Counted from the first letter of the stretch, positions 43,317-55,186 are shown. The stretch is 64,000 nucleotides of DNA from an uncultured Nitrospiraceae bacterium (GCA_963706325.1 CAVPLT010000004.1:32001-96000); one strand, 5' to 3'. The notes: generated by a model not told the origin, from the letters alone. A program made the numbers and translations.

Positions 43317-43762
43317 AGTTACATGATCTTACTCCTTCAAAAGGGGCTAAGCACAAGCGCAAGCGAATTGGTCGCGGCCCTGGATCTGGGCACGGGAAAA
43401 CTGCCACCAAAGGTCACAAAGGACTTAAGGCGCGCTCGGGCGGTGGCAAGCGCCCAGGGTTTGAAGGCGGACAGATGCCGCTGGTTAGACGAATTCCTAA
43501 ATATGGATTTGTGAACCAATTTCGGACCGAATATACCATCGTCAATCTGAAAAGCCTGGCCGATCTGGAAACGACAGAAGCTATTACGCCCCAACTCTTG
43601 ATGAATGAAGGCCTTGTGCGACGAAAAGGACAACTGATTAAGATCCTTGCCCAGGGAGAGGTCACAAGACCCCTAGTGGTCCAGGCTCACAAGTTCAGTA
43701 AGTCTGCCGAGGCAAAGATTCAGGCAGCTGGGGGGAGGGCCGAGGTCATTCCCAGTGTTTGA
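43313..43762 (+). CDS. rplO: 50S ribosomal protein L15
   Basis: [25 protein letters not shown]. Confidence 0.98.
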   Translation: MKLHDLTPSKGAKHKRKRIGRGPGSGHGKTATKGHKGLKARSGGGKRPGFEGGQMPLVRRIPKYGFVNQFRTEYTIVNLKSLADLETTEAITPQLLMNEGLVRRKGQLIKILAQGEVTRPLVVQAHKFSKSAEAKIQAAGGRAEVIPSV

Positions 43763-45068
43763 GCGTCTCCTGACTAGTTTTCAGAACATCTTCAAGATAC
43801 CGGAGTTGCGGACCCGCGTGCTCTTTACGTTGGGGATGCTTGTCGTCTACCGGGTCGGCGCGCACATTCCAACTCCCGGGATCAACGGAGAGGCCTTATC
43901 TGAATTTCTCCAGAAGCAGGGTGGAGCGCTACTGGGATTTTTGGATATTTTTTCAGGTGGCTCGCTCTCGCGGTTGACGATATTTGCGCTGGGCATTATG
44001 CCCTACATTAGCGCGTCCATTATTCTGCAATTGCTGACAGTGGTGATCCCCCACCTTTCGAAGCTAGCGAAAGAAGGCGAGCGCGGACGAAAGAAGATCA
44101 TCCAATATACTCGATTCGGTACGATCGTCATCGCATTGATTCAGGGATTTGGGATCGCGGTTGGTCTCGAACAGATGAATCAGGGCGCCTTTGTGCTAAG
44201 CCCAGGGTGGGGATTCCGGTTAATGACCGTGATTACGCTCTGTGCGGGCACCGGGTTTCTCATGTGGTTGGGAGAACAGATTACCGAACGAGGGATTGGT
44301 AACGGAATCTCTCTGATCATCTTTGCCGGTATTGTCGCACGCTTGCCAGCAGCTGTAGCTCAGACGTTCGATTTGTACAAGGTGGGACAGCTGAGTTTTC
44401 CGCTGTTAGTAGTCCTCACCTTGGTCATGTTCGGTGTGGTTGCGGCCATTGTCTTTCTGGAAAGTGGCCGACGCAAAGTTCCTGTTCAATACGCGAAGCG
44501 TGTCATCGGACGTCGGGTGTACGGTGGGCAGAGTACGCATATTCCACTCAAAATTAATACAGCGGGCGTGATTCCGCCGATTTTCGCATCATCGATCATT
44601 GCCTTTCCGGCCACCATTGCCGGGTTTTTTGAAACGCCCTGGGTGAAGGAAATGGGTTCGCAATTGGCCCCTGGCTCCCTCCTCTACACGCTAATGTATG
44701 TGGGCCTGATTGTGTTTTTCTGTTTCTTTTATACCGCCGTCGTCATGAATCCCGTCGATATGGCGGATAATTTAAAGAAGTATGGTGGATTCGTTCCAGG
44801 CATACGTCCTGGTCAACGCACATCGGACTATATCTATTCGGTTTTAACCAAAATTACTTTTGCGGGGGCCATTTATCTGGCCATCGTCTGCGTGATTCCG
44901 GAATTTCTAATTTATAAGTTGAATATGCCGTTTTACTTTGGCGGAACCTCCCTCCTGATTGTTATCGGTGTGGGATTGGATACGGCGCAACAAATTGAGT
45001 CCCATCTCCTGAATCGCAATTATGACGGCTTCCTCCAAAAGGGGCGGCTGCGTGGTCGAACGACCTAA
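43755..45068 (+). CDS. secY: Preprotein translocase subunit SecY
   Basis: [31 protein letters not shown]. Confidence 0.99.
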   Translation: MFERLLTSFQNIFKIPELRTRVLFTLGMLVVYRVGAHIPTPGINGEALSEFLQKQGGALLGFLDIFSGGSLSRLTIFALGIMPYISASIILQLLTVVIPHLSKLAKEGERGRKKIIQYTRFGTIVIALIQGFGIAVGLEQMNQGAFVLSPGWGFRLMTVITLCAGTGFLMWLGEQITERGIGNGISLIIFAGIVARLPAAVAQTFDLYKVGQLSFPLLVVLTLVMFGVVAAIVFLESGRRKVPVQYAKRVIGRRVYGGQSTHIPLKINTAGVIPPIFASSIIAFPATIAGFFETPWVKEMGSQLAPGSLLYTLMYVGLIVFFCFFYTAVVMNPVDMADNLKKYGGFVPGIRPGQRTSDYIYSVLTKITFAGAIYLAIVCVIPEFLIYKLNMPFYFGGTSLLIVIGVGLDTAQQIESHLLNRNYDGFLQKGRLRGRTT

Positions 45069-45077
45069 GGCGCTTTG

Positions 45078-45734
45078 ATGCGACTCGTATTTCTCGGAGC
45101 TCCCGGGGTTGGAAAAGGTACTCAAGCTGATAGGATTACCGCGCAGTTTGGTTGGCCGAAAATTTCTACTGGCGACCTCCTGCGAGAGGCCGTCAGGAAC
45201 CAAACGTCCTTGGGTGTAGAAGCGAAGAAATGCATGGACGCGGGCAAGCTTGTACCTGATTCGGTTGTCATCAACATGGTACGCGCGAAGCTAGTGGATG
45301 CCCTTTGCCGAAATGGTTTTATTCTTGATGGGTTTCCAAGAACTGTTCCTCAAGCAGAAGAGCTGCACGAAATCCTTAATGAAAGCGGACTTACCCTTGA
45401 CCGGGTCATTAATTTTCGGGTGTCTCGTCGAGATATCGTCGAACGCCTCAGTGGGCGACGAAGTTGTCCCAAATGCCAAAGTGTTTTTCACCTAACCTTC
45501 GCGCAACCTAAGATCAGCGGTCGCTGTGACCGGTGTGGTGAAGCGCTGGTTCAGCGGAATGATGATAAGCCGGAAACGATTGAAGCGCGTTTGAAAGTTT
45601 ATGATGACCAGACGGCTCCATTGATCGCCCATTATCAGGCGAAACAGATCTTGAGCGAACTGGATGGGGCTGGCGACATGGGTGCTGTTTACGATAGGCT
45701 TGTGACCGTTCTCCGCGGGCTTCGGGCCGCATGA
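45078..45734 (+). CDS. adk: Adenylate kinase (zinc-type LID)
   Basis: GAPGVGKGTQ, LDGFPRT, CPKC...CDRC. Confidence 0.97.
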   Translation: MRLVFLGAPGVGKGTQADRITAQFGWPKISTGDLLREAVRNQTSLGVEAKKCMDAGKLVPDSVVINMVRAKLVDALCRNGFILDGFPRTVPQAEELHEILNESGLTLDRVINFRVSRRDIVERLSGRRSCPKCQSVFHLTFAQPKISGRCDRCGEALVQRNDDKPETIEARLKVYDDQTAPLIAHYQAKQILSELDGAGDMGAVYDRLVTVLRGLRAA

Positions 45735-46486
45735 TTGTGTTTAAAACGCCTGACGAAGTCGCGCTCATGGCCCAAGCGTCTCAGGTGGTCGCGGAAGTGC
45801 TGGAGCTGCTGAAGGAGAAGGTGTCCCCAGGTATCACCACCGACGATTTGGATCGCATGGCGGAAGAGGCAATTCGCGGGCGGGGTGCGATCCCTGCATT
45901 CAAGGGCTATCGGAATTATCCTAAAACGCTTTGTGCCTCAGTGAACGAGCAGGTTGTGCACGGTATCCCATCGAAACGTCGTCTCAAGGATGGGGATATC
46001 ATCGGGTTAGATCTTGGTGCAGTAGTGTCTGGATTCTACGGAGATTCTGCTGTCACCGTACCCGTGGGAACAGCAAGTAGTGAGGCAAGGCGTTTGATAC
46101 AAGTCACGGAAGAGTCGATGTACAGGGGCATCGCCGAGGCCGTGGTGGGCAATAGACTATCCGACGTGTCGCATGCCGTACAAACACATGTAGAAAAGTC
46201 TGGCTTCGCTGTAGTGACCGAATTTGTCGGACATGGTATAGGTCGGCAGCTGCATGAGGAGCCGCAGGTTCCGAACTACGGACGACCTGGGCAGGGCCCA
46301 CGATTGCAGGTTGGGATGGTGTTGGCCATCGAGCCCATGGTGAACATGGGAGCCAGCGCCATACGGATTCTGGAAGATCGCTGGACGGCCGTGACGCAAG
46401 ATGGATCCTGGTCGGCTCATTTTGAGCACACGATTGCCATTCAACCGAATGGTCCTGCGAAAATTCTCTCGCAGTTATCACATTAA
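45731..46486 (+). CDS. map: Methionine aminopeptidase type I
   Basis: [33 protein letters not shown]. Confidence 0.98.
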   Translation: MIVFKTPDEVALMAQASQVVAEVLELLKEKVSPGITTDDLDRMAEEAIRGRGAIPAFKGYRNYPKTLCASVNEQVVHGIPSKRRLKDGDIIGLDLGAVVSGFYGDSAVTVPVGTASSEARRLIQVTEESMYRGIAEAVVGNRLSDVSHAVQTHVEKSGFAVVTEFVGHGIGRQLHEEPQVPNYGRPGQGPRLQVGMVLAIEPMVNMGASAIRILEDRWTAVTQDGSWSAHFEHTIAIQPNGPAKILSQLSH

Positions 46487-46506
46487 GACGGGAGGCGTAC
46501 CGATAC

Positions 46507-46725
46507 GTGCCAAAAGAAGATGTCATAGAAGTGACCGGCACGGTGGCTGAAACACTCCCAAATGCAATGTTTCGCGTGGAATTGGAACATGGGCACAGAA
46601 TTTTAGCGCACATCTCGGGGAAAATGCGGATGCATTTCATTCGCATCCTCCCCGGCGATAAGGTGACAGTCCAATTGTCGCCCTACGATCTGACAAGGGG
46701 TCGCATCACCTATCGCTTCAAGTAG
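46507..46725 (+). CDS. infA: Translation initiation factor IF-1
   Basis: [24 protein letters not shown]. Confidence 0.99.
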   Translation: MPKEDVIEVTGTVAETLPNAMFRVELEHGHRILAHISGKMRMHFIRILPGDKVTVQLSPYDLTRGRITYRFK

Positions 46726-46742
46726 TGGAGAATGGAATTGCT

Positions 46743-46856
46743 ATGAAGGTCAAGTCGTCAGTAAAGCCGATTTGTGCAAAATGTAAAGTGGTCCGCAGGC
46801 GAGGGGTCGTGCGGGTGTTGTGCGCAAATCCCCGTCACAAGCAGCGGCAGGGTTGA
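46743..46856 (+). CDS. rpmJ: 50S ribosomal protein L36
   Basis: Manual translation [37 protein letters not shown]. Confidence 0.98.
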   Translation: MKVKSSVKPICAKCKVVRRRGVVRVLCANPRHKQRQG

Positions 46857-46946
46857 CCGATTGCTGGGCCTCTTTGATATCGGGGCATTGTCGAATCTTT
46901 TCACTCGCGCTCACGTTGCGATGAAGGGACAGAATTAGGGGGAAAT

Positions 46947-47336
46947 ATGGCACGTATCGCTGGTGTGGATTTGCCAAAGGATAAGCGGATTGATATCGGG
47001 TTGACCTATGTATTTGGGATCGGTCGTGCTGCGGCACTGGCCATTCTAAAGAAGGCCGGGGTCGACGGCTCCATTCGGGTCAAGGACGTGAGCGAAGATA
47101 AGATCGTCAAGATGCGTGAAGTCATTGAGCGAGACTATCGGGTAGAAGGTGATTTACGAAAAGAAGTGTCGATGAACATCAAGCGTCTTGTGGATACCGG
47201 AACATTTCGTGGACTCCGGCATCGCAAGGGATTGCCAGTTCGCGGACAGCGAACCAAAACAAACGCGCGTACCCGCAAAGGGAGACGTTCGGGTGTAGGG
47301 AGCAAACCGCAGAAGCCCGCTGGTTCAAGAGCATAA
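46947..47336 (+). CDS. rpsM: 30S ribosomal protein S13
   Basis: [32 protein letters not shown]. Confidence 0.99.
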   Translation: MARIAGVDLPKDKRIDIGLTYVFGIGRAAALAILKKAGVDGSIRVKDVSEDKIVKMREVIERDYRVEGDLRKEVSMNIKRLVDTGTFRGLRHRKGLPVRGQRTKTNARTRKGRRSGVGSKPQKPAGSRA

Positions 47337-47377
47337 GAGGCTAGACCGAGCAGGCGCCATGCGCTGAGGGAGATTCT

Positions 47378-47761
47378 ATGAGTGTGAAGAAGGGCAAAAA
47401 GAAAGAACGCAAGATTGTCCAGAGTGGTGTGGCTCACGTTCAGGCATCGTTCAACAATACGATCGTGACCATCACTGACATGAGCGGCAATACTGTCGTA
47501 TGGGCGAGCTCAGGCAACCAGGGCTTTAAGGGGTCACGGAAGAGCACGCCGTTTGCGGCACAGCGCGCAGGAGAGGCAGCTGCGAGGAAGGCGATGGAAA
47601 ACGGCATGCGCCAGGTGGATGTGTATGTGAATGGTCCAGGCGCCGGGCGTGAATCAGCCATTCGCTCGCTGCAAAGTGCCGGCTTGCGCATCAACCTCAT
47701 CCGTGACGTGACGCCCATTCCACATAACGGGTGTCGACCGCCGAAGCGCCGGCGCGTCTAG
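47378..47761 (+). CDS. rpsK: 30S ribosomal protein S11
   Basis: [29 protein letters not shown]. Confidence 0.99.
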   Translation: MSVKKGKKKERKIVQSGVAHVQASFNNTIVTITDMSGNTVVWASSGNQGFKGSRKSTPFAAQRAGEAAARKAMENGMRQVDVYVNGPGAGRESAIRSLQSAGLRINLIRDVTPIPHNGCRPPKRRRV

Positions 47762-47842
47762 CAGCGGTGGTGAGATGAGAGCAACAAAGTACTCGCTGAT
47801 CGAATCGTATTTGAGTCGTTGAGGTAGAGGAGGGGTAGGAGC

Positions 47843-48469
47843 GTGGCAAAATATAGTGGACCTGTCTGCCGGTTGTGTCGGAGGGAGGGCGAGAAGCTCT
47901 TTTTGAAAGGGTCTCGTTGTATGACCGAGAAGTGCGCTATTGAGCGCCGGAGTTATCCTCCCGGGCAGCACGGTCAGGCTCGCCAGCGAACCTCAGATTA
48001 CAGTCTGCAGTTACGTGAGAAGCAGAAACTGAAGAGAATTTACGGGTTGCAAGAATGCCAATTCAGAGGCATTTTTGAGCGTGCGGAACGCCAAACTGGA
48101 GTGACGGGCGATACGCTCCTCCGCTTGTTGGAATGTCGATTGGACAATGTGGTTTACCGGCTCGGCTTCGGTGCTTCGCGCAAGGAGGCTCGGCAATTGG
48201 TCAATCACGGTCACATGTTGATCAATGGACGCAAAGTGAAGGCTCCCGGCGCACTCGTAAAAGCAGGGGACGCCATAGAAGTTCGACAGAAAAGTCGTGA
48301 GATGCTTCCGATTCAGGGTGCCCTAGCGGCGGTGGACGGGCGTGGTATTCCGGAATGGCTCGAATTGGATAGGGGCGCATTCAAGGGGATGATTCGCTCG
48401 TTGCCAACGAAGGAGCATATTGTCCTCCCGGTGAACGAGCAAATGGTCGTGGAATTGTACTCGCGCTAA
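47843..48469 (+). CDS. rpsD: 30S ribosomal protein S4
   Basis: CRLCRREG.KLFLKG, RLDNVVYRLG, VELYSR. Confidence 0.99.
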   Translation: MAKYSGPVCRLCRREGEKLFLKGSRCMTEKCAIERRSYPPGQHGQARQRTSDYSLQLREKQKLKRIYGLQECQFRGIFERAERQTGVTGDTLLRLLECRLDNVVYRLGFGASRKEARQLVNHGHMLINGRKVKAPGALVKAGDAIEVRQKSREMLPIQGALAAVDGRGIPEWLELDRGAFKGMIRSLPTKEHIVLPVNEQMVVELYSR

Positions 48470-48548
48470 GCGATCATGGTGGGGAAGCGCAGGACCCGAC
48501 CGTGGCTGAACGATAGATGGGCTTACACGAGATAATGAAGGGGGAGTC

Positions 48549-49550
48549 ATGATTAAAGCGATGAAAGACTTTCAGATCCCCATGCGGGTGGAAGTCGACA
48601 AGGACAGTCTTTCCCCGACATTCGGCAGATTTACGACAGAGGCATTCGAGCGAGGGTTCGGCACCACGGTCGGGAACTCGCTACGCCGTGTGTTGTTGTC
48701 TTCCTTGACTGGGGCTGCGGTGACAACCGTCAAGATTGAAAGCGTGTTACACGAATTCTCAACGATCCCTGGCGTGACAGAGGATGTGACATCCATCATT
48801 TTGAATGTGAAAAGTCTTCGACTAGCTTTACTGGGCGACAAGCCAAAAACCATTCGGTTGAAGAAAAAGGGACCTGGGGAAGCGAAGGGATCCGATATCA
48901 CGCATGACGGTGACGTGACCATTCTGACTCCAGACTTACACATTGCGACGCTGGATAAAGATGCCGCTCTTGATATAGAGATGACCATCAAGCATGGACG
49001 CGGGTTTGTTCCCGCTGAACGAAATAAGGAAGAGGGATTGCCCATCGGTGTGATTGCCGTGGACTCCATCTTTTCACCAATCAAGCGCGTAAATTTTCAG
49101 GTTGAAAATGCCCGCGTCGGGCGCATGACCGACTACGACAAGCTGACTCTAGAAATTTGGACGGACGGAACGATTTCCCCTCGCGACGCGTTGTCCAATG
49201 CCGCAGGGATTCTCCGTGAGCACCTGGACATCTTCATCAATCCTGAGGAGCGTTCCGACGCGAAGCCGGCTGTCGGCACTGAAGATCTCTCGGACGAGGT
49301 CAACAAGAATTTGTATCGAAGCGTGAATGAATTGGAATTGTCGGTTCGCGCAGCCAACTGCCTGAAGAACGCCAATATCAAGACCATTGCCGATTTGGTG
49401 CAGAAAACTGAAGCCGAAATGTTGAAGACCAAGAATTTCGGCAAGAAATCGCTCAACGAAATCAAGGAAATCCTGACCGAAATGGGACTGAGCCTTGGAA
49501 TGAAGGTCGACGCCTTGCCGTCAGGCGACACAGGCGTGCGGTCAGAGTAA
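48549..49550 (+). CDS. rpoA: RNA polymerase alpha subunit
   Basis: [37 protein letters not shown]. Confidence 0.99.
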   Translation: MIKAMKDFQIPMRVEVDKDSLSPTFGRFTTEAFERGFGTTVGNSLRRVLLSSLTGAAVTTVKIESVLHEFSTIPGVTEDVTSIILNVKSLRLALLGDKPKTIRLKKKGPGEAKGSDITHDGDVTILTPDLHIATLDKDAALDIEMTIKHGRGFVPAERNKEEGLPIGVIAVDSIFSPIKRVNFQVENARVGRMTDYDKLTLEIWTDGTISPRDALSNAAGILREHLDIFINPEERSDAKPAVGTEDLSDEVNKNLYRSVNELELSVRAANCLKNANIKTIADLVQKTEAEMLKTKNFGKKSLNEIKEILTEMGLSLGMKVDALPSGDTGVRSE

Positions 49551-49568
49551 GAAAGGAACAGGACTACT

Positions 49569-50015
49569 GTGCGCCACAAAAAGAAGGGCCGACAGCTCGG
49601 ACGTCAAACAAAACATCGCTGGGCGCTGTTCCGGAGCCTCGTGACTTCGCTGCTGGAGCATGAACGGATTGAAACGACGGAGGCCAAAGCGAAAGAAATT
49701 CGTGGCTTTACCGACAGGATGATTTCCCTGGGGAAGGACGGCAGTCTGCCGGCTCGTCGCCGTGCGCTTAGTTTCTTACGGAGCAAGGCCGTGGTCTCGA
49801 AGCTCTTCAGCGATGTCGCCGCACGGTTTCGTGATCGTCCGGGGGGATACACACGCATTATCCGAACTCGCCGCCGGGTGGGTGACGCGGCGGAAATGGT
49901 GGCGATGGAGTTGGTCGCCAGACCCGCCGTGCCAGCGGTCACCGCAGCAACCGATAGTACAGTTGCACCGACGAAGGATGTTACTGGAAAAAGCTCTCTT
50001 CCTGCCGAATCTTAA
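49569..50015 (+). CDS. rplQ: 50S ribosomal protein L17
   Basis: MRH, IETTEAKAKE, RPGGYTRI. Confidence 0.98.
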   Translation: MRHKKKGRQLGRQTKHRWALFRSLVTSLLEHERIETTEAKAKEIRGFTDRMISLGKDGSLPARRRALSFLRSKAVVSKLFSDVAARFRDRPGGYTRIIRTRRRVGDAAEMVAMELVARPAVPAVTAATDSTVAPTKDVTGKSSLPAES

Positions 50016-50021
50016 ACGGAT

Positions 50022-50055
50022 AGTGCCACGACGACCGTAAGGCTGTCGTGGCACT
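50022..50055 (+). terminator. Hairpin at the end of the alpha operon (no clear U-tract)
   Basis: AGTGCCACGAC / GTCGTGGCACT perfect 11-bp stem. Confidence 0.65.
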
Positions 50056-50124
50056 GAATCGCCACTACACCTCGTCCCCGTTAGATTTCTTCGCACTTCT
50101 CGTTTATCATTGTTCTCCAGTCGG

Positions 50125-50153
50125 TTTACATGGCCTAGGTGGAATGCTACTAT
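50125..50153 (+). promoter_or_regulatory. Putative sigma70 promoter of lptCAB-rpoN
   Basis: TTTACA-N17-TACTAT with an extended -10 TG. Confidence 0.6.
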
Positions 50154-50203
50154 CGTGCCACCGGATGTAAACGAGAAAGCTCTATAACTTAGGAGCTTTG
50201 CGC

Positions 50204-50776
50204 ATGTGGGAACGTTGGATTCGTCGAGGTCTTCTGGCTCTGAGTGTGGTTCTGGCGGGTTTTCTTGGATATCTGCTCGTTACACGATCCAATCCTGGTT
50301 CTTCGTCGCGATCGGTCGCCGCAGTGGGTGCCGAATCTGCCGACGCGCATATTCAAGACTTCACCTACACGCAGACTAAAGGGGATATTGTTCAATGGAA
50401 AGTGCAGGCAGAACAGGCTCGCCTGTTTGAGAAGGACAGCCGCGCCGTTCTGAACAAGGTCCAGGTCACGCTCTACGGCACGCAAGGTCAGGAACTGACA
50501 TTATCGGGTGACGAGGGCACGCTTGATACTCAGACGAAGAATTTTCAGCTTTCCAACCGCACGACACCCATCGTAGTGGAAACACAAAGTGGATATACGA
50601 TTCACACCAATCACCTCATGTGGACAGATGCTCGGCATGAAATTCAAACCGGCGAGCACGTTACGATCAATGGGCATGGGTTGCAAGTCACAGGGACCGG
50701 TTTGCTTGGGAAAATGGACATTGAGGAATTTCAGATTCTGGACGATGTTCGCGTGGATGTGGTGCCTGCTTCTTAG
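50204..50776 (+). CDS. lptC: LPS export protein LptC
   Basis: Single N-terminal TM, W...AE.A, beta-jellyroll pattern, synteny with lptA/lptB. Confidence 0.85.
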   Translation: MWERWIRRGLLALSVVLAGFLGYLLVTRSNPGSSSRSVAAVGAESADAHIQDFTYTQTKGDIVQWKVQAEQARLFEKDSRAVLNKVQVTLYGTQGQELTLSGDEGTLDTQTKNFQLSNRTTPIVVETQSGYTIHTNHLMWTDARHEIQTGEHVTINGHGLQVTGTGLLGKMDIEEFQILDDVRVDVVPAS

Positions 50777-51350
50777 TGGTGAGGGCTGGCTGACAGGTGC
50801 ACTTGCGCGTGCTGCGGATCCGCCGGTATCAAACCAGGCGAGCGCCGGTCAGGTATCAACGACGATCACGTCCCGAACCATGACCGTCAACAATCAGGAA
50901 AATACCGCTATTTTTGACGGTTCAGTCGTCTTAACGCGTGGCCCGTTGGTGGTGTATTCTGACCACATGGTCGTCACGTTTCATGGGAGTGGCAATGGTA
51001 CGGAGCCCCGGAACCCCGCCGGCGCGCCCAAACCTCAAAACAATCTGGGCATCAATAAGCAGACTTCTCGAGGCCGCGGACCGACGCCTACGGTTTCCGA
51101 TCGTGGTATTCGTATGCTTGAGGCCACTGGGCGAGTGAAAATTCAGAAGGAAGACGGCCGAGCCACATGCCAGAAGGCCGTATACTATGAGGCCGAAAAG
51201 AAAATTGTTCTCACTGGTGACCCGGTTGCTTGGCAGAAGGGGACGCGCGTCTCCGGGAAGCGCATTATTATGTTCCTCGATGAGGATCGAAGTGTGGTGG
51301 AAGGCGACTCTCAAGTGATTATCGAAGGTGAAGCCGGAGGGAAGCGGTGA
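50745..51350 (+). CDS. lptA: LPS transport periplasmic protein LptA (start uncertain)
   Basis: [22 protein letters not shown]...Q.G..VSG..I. Confidence 0.85.
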   Translation: MFAWMWCLLLSGEGWLTGALARAADPPVSNQASAGQVSTTITSRTMTVNNQENTAIFDGSVVLTRGPLVVYSDHMVVTFHGSGNGTEPRNPAGAPKPQNNLGINKQTSRGRGPTPTVSDRGIRMLEATGRVKIQKEDGRATCQKAVYYEAEKKIVLTGDPVAWQKGTRVSGKRIIMFLDEDRSVVEGDSQVIIEGEAGGKR

Positions 51351-52132
51351 TTGAGACGCCTTCCGATGTCCCGACGCGCCTTCTCCGAACGACTACCGCG
51401 CCGAAGGTGGCGGATCGACTGGCTGCAACCGGTCTGGTAAAGAGTTTCCGGAGCCGCAAAGTGGTGAAGGGCGTTTCGCTTGATGTCCGGGCTGGTGAAG
51501 TGGTGGGGTTACTGGGGCCAAACGGGGCCGGCAAAACAACAATCTTCGATATGATGGTCGGGCTCTGCCAACCAGATGAAGGGCAGATCACATTGAGCGG
51601 CCAGGACATCACGGATTTACCGATGTATAAGCGAGCGCGTCGTGGCATCGGCTATTTGCCCCAGGAATCATCGGTGTTTCGTCGTTTGTCGGTGGAACAC
51701 AATATCCTTGCGATTCTGGAGATGCTGGGCTATTCGAGAAGAGAGCGGAGTGACCGTGTCGAAACATTGCTGAAGGAACTGGACCTGGTGCATATTCGGA
51801 CAAGTAAGGCATACGCCTTGTCGGGGGGAGAACGTCGGCGTTTGGAGATTACCCGTGCGTTGGCCACCAGTCCGTTGTTTATGTTGCTCGATGAACCGTT
51901 CGCCGGCATCGATCCAATTGCCGTCGCCGATATCCAGCAGATCATCATTCGCTTGAAGCAGCGGCACATCGGCGTGTTGATTACCGATCATAATGTTCGA
52001 GAGACGCTCTCGATCACGGATCGGGCCTATATCATCAACGAGGGAACCATATTGGAAGCGGGGCCGCCGGGGGTCATTGAAAAAAGTGAAATGGCAAGAG
52101 CTGTGTATCTCGGCGAAGGTTTCCGTCTTTAG
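51347..52132 (+). CDS. lptB: LPS export ABC ATPase LptB
   Basis: [40 protein letters not shown]. Confidence 0.97.
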   Translation: MIETPSDVPTRLLRTTTAPKVADRLAATGLVKSFRSRKVVKGVSLDVRAGEVVGLLGPNGAGKTTIFDMMVGLCQPDEGQITLSGQDITDLPMYKRARRGIGYLPQESSVFRRLSVEHNILAILEMLGYSRRERSDRVETLLKELDLVHIRTSKAYALSGGERRRLEITRALATSPLFMLLDEPFAGIDPIAVADIQQIIIRLKQRHIGVLITDHNVRETLSITDRAYIINEGTILEAGPPGVIEKSEMARAVYLGEGFRL

Positions 52133-52153
52133 GGAGCGGGGAGTGAGCGTGCG

Positions 52154-53671
52154 ATGAAGCTACGACTGGATTTGCGGCTCAGTCAAAAACTGATTATGAC
52201 GCCGCAGTTGCAACAGGCGATCAAGTTGTTGCAACTGTCTCGGTTGGAGCTTCAGCAGAGTCTGCAGCAGCACCTGATGGAAAATCCGTTATTGGATGAG
52301 TTGGTAACGGAGACCGAAGAGAACGAGGAAGCCGCGGCGACCGATCGGGAACAGTCGGAGACGCCCATCTCCGCATCGAGCGACACGCCCAGTGATGGCG
52401 ACGACAAGCCGGCCGAGAGCGGAGAAAATGCCGAAGAGTTTTCTGCCTCCAGCTGGGAAGACTATTTTGATACGGACCTACGTCGCGGTGAAACGGAATA
52501 CAATTCCTCGTCGAAAGAGGAGTTTCCCTCCTACGAACAAACCGTCGCCAAATTCACCTCACTGGAAGATCATCTGGTCTGGCAGCTGTCCTTGTCGGGC
52601 CTTTCCGATCGGGAGAAAGCCATCGGGCGACTCATCATCGGCAATCTTGATGATGACGGATACCTTCGCATGACCTTGGAGGAACTGGTGGCGGGAACGG
52701 TATATTCCGTCTCAGAGGCGGAGTCGGTCTTGCAGGATGTCCAAGGCTTCGATCCCAATGGGGTGGCGGCGAGAGACTTGCCCGAATGCTTGCTGCTCCA
52801 ACTCAAATTTCTCGGTCGTAGCCAGATCGGGTCGTTGGGCTCCCGGCCCGGGGTGCTGAAGGGGTCGGTGCTGGAAGACATCGTGCTGCACCACCTGAAG
52901 GACCTGGAAAAGAAGCAGTACAGCCGAATTGCCAAGGCCTTAAATATTCCGATGGAGGATGTGTTTCAGGCAACCCGCATTATCGAAGGGCTAGAGCCGA
53001 AGCCGGGACGGCCCTTCTCGAATACGCAGAATTATGCGATCGTTCCAGACGTGTTCGTTGTCAAAACCGAAGGTGAGTGGGAAGTCTTGCTCAATGATGA
53101 TGGACTGCCTCGTATGCGCATCAGCCCTTACTACAAGCAGCTGATGTCCTCCGGGCAGTCAGGAACGGCAGAGACCAAGGCGTATTTGGACGATAAGTTG
53201 CGTGCGGCACAATGGGTGATCCGAAGTATCGAGCAACGCAACAAGACGATTGTAAAAGTCGTCTCGAGCATTGTGAAGTTTCAAGAAGGATTTTTCGAAC
53301 GCGGCATCCAATATTTGAAACCTTTGGTACTCAAGCAGGTTGCTGAAGATATCGGCATGCATGAATCAACCATCAGCCGAGTGACTGCCAACAAATACAT
53401 GTATTGCCCGCAGGGCATGCTGGAGTTGAAATTTTTCTTCAACGCAGGCCTCCAGCGAGCTGATCAGCCGCTGGATATGTTGTCGTCGCTGACGGTGCGC
53501 GAGATGATACGGAAGATGGTGGCCGCAGAAGACGCGCGCAAGCCGTTGAAGGACGAGGAGATTGCTGCAAAACTTCGTACCCAGCAAGTGTTGATTGCTC
53601 GCCGTACGGTGGCCAAATATCGTGCAGAGGATAATATTCCTTCTGCCACGCAACGAAAGCGGTTTTTTTAA
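52154..53671 (+). CDS. rpoN: RNA polymerase sigma-54 factor
   Basis: MTPQLQQAIKLLQLS, HESTISR, RpoN box ARRTVAKYR. Confidence 0.98.
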   Translation: MKLRLDLRLSQKLIMTPQLQQAIKLLQLSRLELQQSLQQHLMENPLLDELVTETEENEEAAATDREQSETPISASSDTPSDGDDKPAESGENAEEFSASSWEDYFDTDLRRGETEYNSSSKEEFPSYEQTVAKFTSLEDHLVWQLSLSGLSDREKAIGRLIIGNLDDDGYLRMTLEELVAGTVYSVSEAESVLQDVQGFDPNGVAARDLPECLLLQLKFLGRSQIGSLGSRPGVLKGSVLEDIVLHHLKDLEKKQYSRIAKALNIPMEDVFQATRIIEGLEPKPGRPFSNTQNYAIVPDVFVVKTEGEWEVLLNDDGLPRMRISPYYKQLMSSGQSGTAETKAYLDDKLRAAQWVIRSIEQRNKTIVKVVSSIVKFQEGFFERGIQYLKPLVLKQVAEDIGMHESTISRVTANKYMYCPQGMLELKFFFNAGLQRADQPLDMLSSLTVREMIRKMVAAEDARKPLKDEEIAAKLRTQQVLIARRTVAKYRAEDNIPSATQRKRFF

Positions 53672-53775
53672 GCGTGGACACCAGCCTTGCGGAGAAAGTT
53701 TCTCCGTAAGGCACAACAATCATCGCAACGAGCTCGATCGCCAGTGGCGTACGGAGCCCGAGAAACGAGGATGGT

Positions 53776-54333
53776 ATGCGATTGATGATCACGGGACGGC
53801 ACGTAGCGGTAACCCCCGCCTTGCGGGAGTATGTCGAAACACGCATGGAGCGACTTGATCGTTATGGACTGAAGCTGGGAACATTGCAGATTCTCCTGAG
53901 TCTGGAGAAATTTCATCATGTGGCCGAAGTGGTCGGAGTGGTCCAAGGCCGGCGTCTACAGGCTAAAACGTCTACCGAAGAAATGTATGCCTCAATCGAC
54001 GAGGTCGTGGATAAGCTCGGGGCCCAACTGCGAAAACTAAAAGAGCGGAAAACGAACCACAAATTCGGTGATCAGCCGCTTGTGCGTGCATTAGTCCGCA
54101 AGAATGTGAGTCCGGACCATAGCGAGGTGGAGGTTGTCCATCCAACGCTGGAGGCGATGACAGTCGAAGACGCCGTCGCCGCACTTCATGCTCGGCAGCA
54201 GAGTGTCCTCATGTTCATGAATGCTGTGTCGGGGGACATCCAGGTTCTCCAACGGTTGCCCAATGGGAAAGTGTCTCTCATCGATCCTGCGCCCAGCCGT
54301 GGCCGTGCTCGTGCCTCCCATGGCCGCGCTTAA
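53776..54333 (+). CDS. hpf: Ribosome hibernation promoting factor, long form
   Basis: ITGRH..VTPALREYV, MYASID, divergent C-terminal domain MTVEDAV...LIDP. Confidence 0.9.
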   Translation: MRLMITGRHVAVTPALREYVETRMERLDRYGLKLGTLQILLSLEKFHHVAEVVGVVQGRRLQAKTSTEEMYASIDEVVDKLGAQLRKLKERKTNHKFGDQPLVRALVRKNVSPDHSEVEVVHPTLEAMTVEDAVAALHARQQSVLMFMNAVSGDIQVLQRLPNGKVSLIDPAPSRGRARASHGRA

Positions 54334-55186
54334 TCTTGTGGTCATCAGCGGTCTTTCCGGATCCGGAAAGAGCCATGCCTTAAAGGCCTTTGAAGACGCG
54401 GGTTATTTCTGCGTCGACAATCTTCCTCCGGCGTTACTACCCACCTTCGTCGAATTGTGTCATCAGCAAGGCGGCGAGATTAAGAATGTCGCTCTTGGCA
54501 TCGATATTCGTGAACGGGTATTTTTTGGAGACTTAGCGAAGGTCTTGGGCGAGTTGAAGGCGCAGGGGCATGCGCTGCAGCTCGTTTTCTTGGAAGCCCG
54601 AGAGGAAGTCTTAGTTCGCCGGTTTTCAGAAAGCCGCCGTCCGCACCCTGTGCTGCCTGACCTGCCGGTAGTGGAGGGGGTGCGGTTTGAGCGCGAACGA
54701 CTCAGCGAATTACGGAAACACGCGGATCAGGTGATCGATACATCCAGCATCACCGTGCACGAATTGCGCGATTTGCTGATTCGACAATTCCGTCAAGAGA
54801 CTGCCGTCCGTCGCATGACCATTTCTCTGGTCACCTTTGGATATAAGTTCGGCGTGCCCTATGACATCGACCTTCTCTTCGATGTCCGATTTATCAGAAA
54901 TCCGTTCTTTATACCCGAGTTGAAAGCACTGACCGGTGAAGATCTTCGGGTGCAACAGTATGTATTCGGGGATCCTGCTGCGGGCCAATTTCTTGATCAT
55001 TTGGAAAAGCTGTTCGCGTTTCTCATACCGTTGTACGAGCGCGACCAACGGAGTTACCTCAGTATTGGCATCGGTTGTACCGGAGGGCGTCATCGGTCTG
55101 TCACGATCGCCTTGCGCCTCCAGGAGCGATTCGCGACGCTCGGCTACGACGTCTCCATAACCCACCGAGACCGGCAAAAATCCTAG
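54320..55186 (+). CDS. rapZ: RapZ/YvcJ-family P-loop protein
   Basis: SGLSGSGKS, CVDNLP, FGYKFG, IGCTGGRHRSV. Confidence 0.95.
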   Translation: MAALNLVVISGLSGSGKSHALKAFEDAGYFCVDNLPPALLPTFVELCHQQGGEIKNVALGIDIRERVFFGDLAKVLGELKAQGHALQLVFLEAREEVLVRRFSESRRPHPVLPDLPVVEGVRFERERLSELRKHADQVIDTSSITVHELRDLLIRQFRQETAVRRMTISLVTFGYKFGVPYDIDLLFDVRFIRNPFFIPELKALTGEDLRVQQYVFGDPAAGQFLDHLEKLFAFLIPLYERDQRSYLSIGIGCTGGRHRSVTIALRLQERFATLGYDVSITHRDRQKS

